From contig NZ_CP043316.1 of the NCBI RefSeq assembly GCF_008189405.1, positions 90,001-122,000 on the forward strand: a stretch of DNA of 32,000 nt, in the 5' to 3' direction. Under the pieces are notes generated by a model that ran no database searches, was not told where the DNA came from, and was given only the letters and a program-made list of their open reading frames with translations. Within the stretch, counting starts at the first letter, position 1, and the number at the start of each line of letters is the position of its first letter. This DNA comes from Candidatus Saccharimonadota bacterium. GTDB taxonomy: Bacteria > Pseudomonadota > Alphaproteobacteria > CAJXXZ01 > 1604HC. This document shows, piece by piece, positions 8,991 to 16,321 of this stretch. The translations under genes were made by a program, and so were the position numbers.

Positions 8991-10297
8991 GTTTTGTGAC
9001 CTCTTATATAATCTAACTTTTTAGGCCATATATTCCAAGATCTTTGTATCATATTTAATGCATGATATATTTCATTTCTTGACAAAAAAGACCCATGAAT
9101 ATGAATATCTTGGCTTTGTTTTAAGTTTTCAGCAATTTTATTTATTGCTGAATCCATGCTAATCCATGAACCATAATCACTTATATTTGCGTTATTAATT
9201 AATTTTTTCTTAAATTTTGAGCTATATAAATCATATCTTGTATCAATTGCAATGTAAGGTAATCTGAGAGTTTCTCCTTTATAATTTTGTGTTATATTTT
9301 CAGCAGCGATAATCATTTGTTTTGAAGATTCTGGTATGTTTGTATAGATTTGTGTCATGAGTAATAGGAAGTTTGATTTATGTACTTGGCATATTTTCGA
9401 CAAATACTCCACTTGGTGAAGAAAATTAATATCTTTATCTTTCGATGTGAATGAAATCAATCCATCAATATTAATCAGATAGTATTGGTTTTCTTTTAGA
9501 TATTTTTCTATATTGTATTTGTATATAATCTGTTTATTAAATAGTTTTCGGAAATACAATTTATTTAAAATAGATGGTTTTTTATTGAGGAAAACATATA
9601 CTTCATTTTTATACGATAATGAATCGAACAATTTTTTCAAGAAGGTTAAATTAGATCCAAATAAAATTATCTTTTCATCATATATCTGTATTGTGCCTTC
9701 TTTTTCTTCTAAGCAATTAGCAATGGATGGCATTTGTATTTCATCGCCTTTTAATATATTCATACAAATTTCATTTTCCAAGCAAAACTGTAATATGCTT
9801 TTAAATTCTTTCCCAAATTTAGAAGCCCATAATATTGCATTAGGATTTGTTTGTTTGATAGCTTTTTTTGCATTATTTAGGTCATTGCTTTCTAATTTTA
9901 ATTCTCCAATAACTCTATATCCTATTATATCAGGCCAATTACGCAAGAAATTATCACTTATGCATAAAATATCAGGCATAGATTTTTTGTATTGATTATA
10001 TTGCAAATGTAGAAACAAGGTATACATTATGAAATATGAAACATGGTATATTATTGCATTACAATACTGTTGTCCTATGAACCAAAATGGCATAAATAAT
10101 AATGCATGAAGAAGTTTTATTGCAAAGGATCTTCTGACTTTAAAAACAGGGATATGTGAAAAGCATACGTAGTACCATAAGTGAAAAATAAATACAAAAA
10201 CAAAGTTTTTATTTGGATTATGGTGTGAAAATTGTATAACAACGCTTAATAAACTAATCAATATATGCGGAATAGTGTTTGAAATGAATTTAAGCAT
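8960..10297 (-). CDS. Membrane-anchored CapD/WbpM-like protein with eroded NAD(P)-binding and catalytic motifs, 445 aa
   Basis: A long open frame in AT-rich DNA. GGAG lies 5 nt upstream of ATG 10297 (the ORF-track start 10321 has no SD). N-terminal TM helices are followed by a by-eye collinear match to the CapD family (details in findings). The 3' end overlaps the PpiD-like start by 31 nt. I am confident it is a real CDS but less sure of the family assignment. Confidence 0.45.
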   Translation of the reverse strand: MLKFISNTIPHILISLLSVVIQFSHHNPNKNFVFVFIFHLWYYVCFSHIPVFKVRRSFAIKLLHALLFMPFWFIGQQYCNAIIYHVSYFIMYTLFLHLQYNQYKKSMPDILCISDNFLRNWPDIIGYRVIGELKLESNDLNNAKKAIKQTNPNAILWASKFGKEFKSILQFCLENEICMNILKGDEIQMPSIANCLEEKEGTIQIYDEKIILFGSNLTFLKKLFDSLSYKNEVYVFLNKKPSILNKLYFRKLFNKQIIYKYNIEKYLKENQYYLINIDGLISFTSKDKDINFLHQVEYLSKICQVHKSNFLLLMTQIYTNIPESSKQMIIAAENITQNYKGETLRLPYIAIDTRYDLYSSKFKKKLINNANISDYGSWISMDSAINKIAENLKQSQDIHIHGSFLSRNEIYHALNMIQRSWNIWPKKLDYIRGHKTCNHPISQNS

Positions 10298-10583
10298 ATG
10301 TGCTCCAGCATTCAAACCCATATGTTGTTAATATTTCCATGAAGTCTTCATGATTTCTTTCAGCAGGAATATATATTACTATTTTTTTTGAAGATATATT
10401 AACAAATGTCCATGGCTTAGGTATTGTATCAAGTATTTTGACTTGTTTTTTGATATTCTTAGACATAAAATTTGTGATGCAAATAAAATTGCCATGGTTT
10501 GGTTTTCTATGATTTGATGTTGCGTAAGAATTTAAGCTTGTGTAAGCAATCTGAACAATCATAATTAACGCAAATAGTATCAT
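10290..10583 (-). CDS. Hypothetical 97-aa protein with a hydrophobic N-terminus
   Basis: ORF only. Signal/anchor-like MILFALIMIVQIAYTSL. No SD and no recognisable family. The stop overlaps the CapD-like ATG by 8 nt (ATGCTTAA). Confidence 0.3.
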   Translation of the reverse strand: MILFALIMIVQIAYTSLNSYATSNHRKPNHGNFICITNFMSKNIKKQVKILDTIPKPWTFVNISSKKIVIYIPAERNHEDFMEILTTYGFECWSTYA

Positions 10584-10788
10584 TACAACAATTATAATTG
10601 AATTTATATATAATTTATAGGAGTAGAGAGAAGCGATAATGCAATATCATGATAGGAATTATAATATGTATAGATAGGTTAGGCATGGATTTGTTTTACA
10701 GTTGGGGTTAGTAAGATAAGCAGTGCCATCGTGCAATATAATGGCATGATGGACAGTAGGTAATTAGATTGCAATATGTGAATTTTAA

Positions 10789-12564
10789 TCAAAGCTCCTG
10801 ATATGCTTCTATGCCAAGAATATTTAATGCTTGAGAGATGATCTTAGATGTTGTTGCAATTAACACTATTCTATCATTTGTCACTTTTGCATCTTTAGTA
10901 ATCCACCTATCTTCTGCATTAATTTTCCCTTCATTCCAAATAGAGTGAAATTTTTCAGCAATATTCATAACATAATTTGTGGTTTTATGTATTTCTAAAG
11001 TTCTTACGATGGATTTTATGCATTTTCGCCATTCTAATAATATTTTTAGCAAATCGATCATTGATGGAGTGAAAGATTGAAGGTCAAAATTATAGTCCAA
11101 CTTTACATTGTGCAGTTTTGTTAATTCTATATTATGTTCTGTAAGTTTTGTATTATGTTCTTTTATATTATTTGGCTTATTTGCTTCTGCGTTATAAGAT
11201 ACATCATCCATTCCATGATTAGGTGTATTGTAATCAGACAAGCTATAAGATTTGATTATTGATGAGATGCGCGCGTGGGCATATTGCACATAGTAGAATG
11301 GGTTTTCCATAGATAGTTTTACGATTTTATCTGCATCCACTGTGTAGTGTGTGTCCAAACTTTTGCTTAACATTAAGAATCTAAACATATCTTTCCCAAT
11401 ATTGGCAGCAGCTTCTCGTAATCCAAGTGCATCTCCTAACCTTTTTGAAAATTTAATATTTTCTCCATTTTTTTGGAACAATACGATTTGGCATGTTTTC
11501 ATATCCAATTTGATGTCTGAACCCAAGTTAGTTACTGCACTGTGCAATCGTTTGAGATATCCATCATGATCTGCTCCTAGTACAATAATTAGCCATTTGA
11601 ATTTTCTGAGAATTTTATCATAGAAATATGCAATGTCATTTGCGAAATAAGTATGCTCTCCATTTGCTTTTGTTAATGCTCTATCTTCTGAATCGCCAAA
11701 TTGTGAGCTACGGAATAGGGTAAGAGTTTGGTTGGATTCCATTCCTTTTTTACTCTGAATTTCACCTAATTTTCCTTCATAAATCAAGCCTTTGCTTTTC
11801 AATATTTCAAATGCAGCAGGTATATGGCGAATGGTGCTTGTCTCATGAACCCAAACGTCATGTTCAATTCCAACACTACGCAAATCTTCTTTGATAATGT
11901 CGATAATGTAATTCATACTGAAAGATTTGAAATGTTCGGCATAATTGTCGGCATTCCATTTATTTGGATCTGATTCATATATTTTCTGTGCAATTTCCGA
12001 GATATATTCCCCTTTGTATTGTTCTTCCAACTCTAATTCAGGGAGGTTTTGTAATTTGAGATATTCAGAGAAAACTGAATCTGCTAGTACATTTATTTGG
12101 TTCCCAGCATCATTGACGTAATATTCTTTTGTTACATCATACCCAGCAAATTTCAGTACATTTGCTAGCGCATCTCCATAAACGGATCGTGCATTTCCAT
12201 AGTGTAATGGGCCAGTTGGGTTGGCTGATACGAATTCTACATTTACTTTTTCATTATTTTGTTCAAAAACATTTTTATCATTAATTATGCTATTTAATCC
12301 TTCATGCAGAAACTTATTTGACAAGTGGAAATTCAAAAAACCATTCTTTGCAATTTCGATATTATTAATATAGTCATCCTGCAAGTTACTGCGAATCACC
12401 TCAAACGCCTCTTTGGGGGATTTTTTCATCTTTTTACTTAACAGGAACAGAATATTTGTTGACAAATCTGCATGCTCATTATTGGCGGAGAAGAAAATAT
12501 TCTCTACATCCGTGATTTTTTGTAACTTTTCAGTCAAATACGTTTCTAATTGTAGGAAATCCAT
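10789..12564 (-). CDS. argS: Arginine--tRNA ligase, 591 aa
   Basis: Class I HIGH region SANPTGPLHYGNARS. DALR anticodon-binding-type C-terminus (YVQYAHARISSI ... NYVMNIAEKFHSIWN). Full length, with an Asn/Lys/His-rich variable insert (HNTKLTEHNIELTKLHNVKL). Confidence 0.95.
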   Translation of the reverse strand: MDFLQLETYLTEKLQKITDVENIFFSANNEHADLSTNILFLLSKKMKKSPKEAFEVIRSNLQDDYINNIEIAKNGFLNFHLSNKFLHEGLNSIINDKNVFEQNNEKVNVEFVSANPTGPLHYGNARSVYGDALANVLKFAGYDVTKEYYVNDAGNQINVLADSVFSEYLKLQNLPELELEEQYKGEYISEIAQKIYESDPNKWNADNYAEHFKSFSMNYIIDIIKEDLRSVGIEHDVWVHETSTIRHIPAAFEILKSKGLIYEGKLGEIQSKKGMESNQTLTLFRSSQFGDSEDRALTKANGEHTYFANDIAYFYDKILRKFKWLIIVLGADHDGYLKRLHSAVTNLGSDIKLDMKTCQIVLFQKNGENIKFSKRLGDALGLREAAANIGKDMFRFLMLSKSLDTHYTVDADKIVKLSMENPFYYVQYAHARISSIIKSYSLSDYNTPNHGMDDVSYNAEANKPNNIKEHNTKLTEHNIELTKLHNVKLDYNFDLQSFTPSMIDLLKILLEWRKCIKSIVRTLEIHKTTNYVMNIAEKFHSIWNEGKINAEDRWITKDAKVTNDRIVLIATTSKIISQALNILGIEAYQEL

Positions 12565-12812
12565 CCTTTAGGAGTAATATAATGTGGGGAAAATGTCTAG
12601 GGTATGAGTTTTATGGAATGGTATGTAGGCTGAATAGGGTCCCAATTTGTGTATTATGTATGTGAATGGTCGCGTTGACTAGAGAAGATTAAGATTAAGC
12701 TGATTGGTAAATTGGGTGCTATGGGCTCTTATTAGATTTTGATTGTAGGTTAATATTGGGATCAATATGCTTTAGGTAATATCTTTTTTGATAGTTTGAT
12801 TTGTATTGTTGT

Positions 12813-14291
12813 TTAATTTGTGCTTTCAAAGTTAGGATTATAAGGTCCATTATTATAGGATATGCCATGTAAATAATATATATACCTATAAGATATACTA
12901 AATTTCATTGAGTCTGGTGACGGTTCATAAATGGAAATTTCAACCATAGATCTATCTGTTTTCTTGAAACATAGTGGCACATACTCTCTTTGAGTTATTT
13001 TTGTCAATACAGATATATTTATGTTTTCATGTTTAATATCAGAAGCACATAACTCCTTAGAATTATGTATTATTTTGTGCTCTCCAAATGCTCCTTTAAA
13101 CCAATATTGTAATACAGATGGCATTTTGGTCCCTTTCTCTACTAATATATATGCAGAGCCATCTTTTGTTTGTATATAAATATTCTCACGCATTCTTGGT
13201 CTGATTTCCTCAATTAATGCTGTTTGTGCAGCATTTTCTTTTTCCAAACTTGATATTTTTGCTTGATTCTGCACATCTTTAGCCATTAATTGCTGGATTA
13301 GTTTATTAGTAATAGTTTGGTGTTGTAATTGATAGTTCATGTTAAGCGCCTCAGCTAGTTTAACCCATATTTCATTTTGTTCTTTTTGAATGAATCGGCG
13401 TGCAGCAGTCTCGTAATTACCAAAGTGTCCATCAGTCAGCTCATTGGATTTATGAACTATATTGCTATCGTTTTTATCTGCCAATCCCCCGAACATAGCA
13501 ATTTTTTGTTCTTTTTCAATTGCCAAATAGTTTTTCAATTGTTCATAGTATAGGGCAATATGTTGATTTGCAAGGTGCGCTTCATGTATCAAATTCATAC
13601 GATCTGCCAATTCTTCACGTGATAAATTATCATCATGGTCATGCATTGATCTAGTACGAATTTCATCTTGTTGTAATTGGTGCAATGCTACGTGGATAGT
13701 TAATAAATGAGATTGAAATGCAGTGAATTGGTCAAATTGGTTTTGCTCGTCCTGGTCAGCATATTCTCTCTCATCATTTTCCATATCTTGAAACAAATAA
13801 ATAATTTCAGAAAAACGATCTTCAACAACATCTGCTCTATCTTCAGTTTCTCTATTATGCAAACGCTCTAAACGTTTCACTCCAGTAGGTGTTAGATGGT
13901 GAGATCTGTATTTTTTTGCTGCAGTTGCTATATAAGTAGATCCCGCTTCAGATATTGTTTTACTATTTGTATACAATGATCTTTTACTGCTTGTTTCACT
14001 ATTTGTATATAATGCGCTTTTACTACTATTTGATGAGTCATTGGATGCAGTATCTGGTTCTTGAGTTGCTTGTTCAGAGTTTCCAATGTCAAATGGTGGG
14101 AATCCAGAGGACTCAGTAGCGCTTTGAATAGATGGAGTTACCATGGTATTTGCTGTTGTGCTTGGTGAGACAGTGCTTTCTGGAGCAGTTACGTATAAAC
14201 CAGATGATGATCTAGAGGAATCAGATTCAACAGATCCAGGCATCGCGCATAAATGTGAAAACACAAAAGATAGTAATAACAGATTTTTCAT
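12813..14291 (-). CDS. Orphan secreted protein, 492 aa: signal peptide, Ser/Thr-rich region with a 12-aa tandem repeat, coiled coil, beta-rich C-terminal domain
   Basis: AAGGAG (plus coords 14296-14301) lies 4 nt upstream of the ATG. Signal-like N-terminus MKNLLLLSFVFSHLCAMPG. The S/T/P/A-rich region has locally higher GC. I recognise no family. Confidence 0.8.
   Translation of the reverse strand: MKNLLLLSFVFSHLCAMPGSVESDSSRSSSGLYVTAPESTVSPSTTANTMVTPSIQSATESSGFPPFDIGNSEQATQEPDTASNDSSNSSKSALYTNSETSSKRSLYTNSKTISEAGSTYIATAAKKYRSHHLTPTGVKRLERLHNRETEDRADVVEDRFSEIIYLFQDMENDEREYADQDEQNQFDQFTAFQSHLLTIHVALHQLQQDEIRTRSMHDHDDNLSREELADRMNLIHEAHLANQHIALYYEQLKNYLAIEKEQKIAMFGGLADKNDSNIVHKSNELTDGHFGNYETAARRFIQKEQNEIWVKLAEALNMNYQLQHQTITNKLIQQLMAKDVQNQAKISSLEKENAAQTALIEEIRPRMRENIYIQTKDGSAYILVEKGTKMPSVLQYWFKGAFGEHKIIHNSKELCASDIKHENINISVLTKITQREYVPLCFKKTDRSMVEISIYEPSPDSMKFSISYRYIYYLHGISYNNGPYNPNFESTN
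13953..14024 (-). repeat. In-frame 36-nt tandem repeat x2 (30/36 identical) encoding SKSALYTNSETS / SKRSLYTNSKTI
   Basis: The two units, 13989-14024 and 13953-13988, were aligned by hand. There is a partial third copy immediately 5' in the gene sense. Confidence 0.85.
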
Positions 14292-14342
14292 TTTTCTCCT
14301 TAGATTTTGATGAGTTATGATCTACTTTACTGAGAAAGTCAA

Positions 14343-14402
14343 TGAAATTAGTTGATTTGTATAAGTGTAGTGAATTAATAAGTGAAATTAGTTGGTTTGT
14401 AT
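14343..14402. repeat. Two 20-nt direct repeats TGAAATTAGTTGRTTTGTAT (19/20 identical), 40 bp apart, upstream of the secreted-protein gene
   Basis: Copies at 14343-14362 and 14383-14402, read directly. They lie 52-111 bp upstream of ATG 14291. Confidence 0.85.
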
Positions 14403-14436
14403 GAATATGGTTAATCAATTTGAATGTATTAAAGTT

Positions 14437-15813
14437 TTACAGTGACAATCCACATGCAGATAACGTTACTTCCATGAAATTTTTTACCTCTTCGTAACTT
14501 TCTTCATTCCATCCTTCGCATCTTGCAGAAATGACGTTTTCAGTCTGTGATGCTCGTACTAACCACCATCCATTATGGTGATTAATTAGTATGCTATCGT
14601 GTACTTTTTCTGTGACAATGTTTGATCTAGAAAGTGACTCTTTTATAAATTCCATTACATCATATTTATTTAAATCTCCGCAATTGATTCTGAGAGGTTT
14701 GCTGGTCCATATTTTAGGAATTATGTTGCGTATATCGCATAGTCTATATGGAATGCATTTCATGATCTGTAATAATCTCAATGCGCTATAAATTCCATCA
14801 TCTGCGCAGAAAAAAGAATCCCGAAACATATAATGTCCGCTGATTTCCCCACCTAATTCAGCATTGTTTTTCCGTATTGCATTGATTACATAACAATGTC
14901 CAGTTTTGCTTAAAACAGTATTTATGCCAAATTTTTCTGCCCAACTCATCAGAGCTTTACTGGATTTAGAATCCCATACTGTAGTTATTTCTCTATTTTG
15001 TGTGATTCGTGCGATAATGCTAAATAAGCTTAGTAATTCATCTCCGCTCCATATTTTTTGGTTTTCATCAACCACAACCATTCGATCTGCATCTCCATCA
15101 AATGCAAAAGCGATATAATTTTCTTTATTACGTAATGCTTTACATGTATGGTTTAAGAAATCAATTTTTGTATTATCAAAATCCTTAACTTGTGCATTTT
15201 CTTCAGTTCTAAAGAGTATATGTGATGATGGCAGATATTTTCTAAGGTGATTAAGCATATCTCCAGCCACTCCATGTCCTGCATCCCAAATCACATTAGT
15301 GTTTTCTATATCCATATTTTGGAAAATATAGTGAGAGTACTCAGTCATGAAATTTTGATATGATCTTTTCCCTTTACCTTTGCTAAATGTATTGTTTTTG
15401 ATTCTGTCGTACAATCCAATCAAGTCTTGACCATAAAAATTACGACCTTTAATGTAAAATTTGAATCCATTATATTTAATAGGGTTATGTGATGCAGTAA
15501 TCATTGTCGATGCATCTATTTCAAGAAATTTATATGATAGCGCTGTATACGCTGTTGATACGCGTCCAAGACTTACTACATCCACCCCAGATTCAAGTAG
15601 CCCTTCAATGTATTTTTCATGAAACTCTACAGATGATGACCTTCTATCATATCCAACAGCTACAGTTTTTAATCCTTGGCATTGAATGATTGACCCAAAT
15701 GATAAGCCAATTAAATATGCTTGATCTGGTCCAAAATCATCTCCAATGCATCCTCGAATATCGTAATCACCTATTGCATGTTTGAAATTAACGATAGTAT
15801 TTATAGGGTCCAT
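14437..15813 (-). CDS. Phosphomannomutase/phosphoglucomutase (alpha-D-phosphohexomutase family), about 458 aa
   Basis: Phosphoserine loop TASHNPIKYNGFK, Mg loop FDGDADR, sugar loop GGEISGH. The first ATG is at 15813, and the ORF-track start 15819 is a TTG extension. There are 2 nt between the dksA stop and this ATG. Confidence 0.85.
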   Translation of the reverse strand: MDPINTIVNFKHAIGDYDIRGCIGDDFGPDQAYLIGLSFGSIIQCQGLKTVAVGYDRRSSSVEFHEKYIEGLLESGVDVVSLGRVSTAYTALSYKFLEIDASTMITASHNPIKYNGFKFYIKGRNFYGQDLIGLYDRIKNNTFSKGKGKRSYQNFMTEYSHYIFQNMDIENTNVIWDAGHGVAGDMLNHLRKYLPSSHILFRTEENAQVKDFDNTKIDFLNHTCKALRNKENYIAFAFDGDADRMVVVDENQKIWSGDELLSLFSIIARITQNREITTVWDSKSSKALMSWAEKFGINTVLSKTGHCYVINAIRKNNAELGGEISGHYMFRDSFFCADDGIYSALRLLQIMKCIPYRLCDIRNIIPKIWTSKPLRINCGDLNKYDVMEFIKESLSRSNIVTEKVHDSILINHHNGWWLVRASQTENVISARCEGWNEESYEEVKNFMEVTLSACGLSL

Positions 15814-15815
15814 GT

Positions 15816-16193
15816 TCAAATATTATTGAAATGGCGAGAATATGTAAAGTTTTTTTCTTGATTAGGTTGGCTTTTTATATTGCATAATGCAGTTGGATTA
15901 GCTTTTAATCGGGCAATATTAATTAATTCTCCTGTTTTAGGGCAAATTCCATATACTCCATTTTTAATTCTTAATAGTGCGAATTGTATTTGTTTAAGCA
16001 TTTCAGCTTTTTTATTTTGTTCTGCAATAAATATCTCATCATTAAGGCTGTTAGTAATATGTTCTAATTCTTCAGAGCTACGCTCTTTGTAGTATTGTGA
16101 GGCATTTTGTTGTATTTCAATTGTCAATTCATGCTTCATTTTCTCAAGTTTCACTTTGAAAGCTAATATAGTTTTTTTATCTAATTTGTTCAT
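15816..16193 (-). CDS. dksA: DksA/TraR-family RNA polymerase-binding regulator (2-Cys variant), about 125 aa
   Basis: Coiled-coil region followed by LRIKNGVYGICPKTGELINIARLKANPTALCNIKS, which aligns with the DksA zinc-finger region. GGAG lies 7 nt upstream of ATG 16193. The ORF extends to ATG 16226 without an SD. Confidence 0.8.
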   Translation of the reverse strand: MNKLDKKTILAFKVKLEKMKHELTIEIQQNASQYYKERSSEELEHITNSLNDEIFIAEQNKKAEMLKQIQFALLRIKNGVYGICPKTGELINIARLKANPTALCNIKSQPNQEKNFTYSRHFNNI

Positions 16194-16321
16194 TGCTCTG
16201 CTCCATGTTGAGTAGTATATTTGCATTAGCTAAATAAAACGGAAATAAATAGCAAACAATATATAAAATATATTATGTAAATTTTCATTGATTTTAAATT
16301 GACTCAATGTAAACTTGCCAT

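Noticed and set aside
9513-9995. 160-aa + strand ORF antisense to the CapD-like gene, the longest shadow ORF in the track
   Set aside because: It lies entirely inside a minus-strand ORF that has an SD and collinear family resemblance. It has no SD of its own, and its composition (Phe/Leu/Ile/Ser/Asn-rich) is what the reverse complement of an AT-rich coding frame produces.
8960-10583. Reading the 97-aa and 445-aa ORFs as one frameshifted (pseudogenised) capD
   Set aside because: The 97-aa product shows none of the multi-TM N-terminus expected for CapD, because the TM region is already present in the 445-aa ORF. A GGAG SD also precedes the 10297 ATG. This remains unresolved without profile searches.
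10724-10746. Hairpin TGCCAT-N11-ATGGCA downstream of argS as an intrinsic terminator
   Set aside because: It has only a 6-bp stem and an 11-nt loop, and no U-tract follows on the minus-strand transcript. That is too weak to call.
14227-14418. 63-aa minus-strand ORF spanning the promoter region and 5' end of the secreted-protein gene
   Set aside because: It overlaps the SD-led 492-aa ORF in another frame and covers the direct repeats. It has no SD and a low-complexity product.
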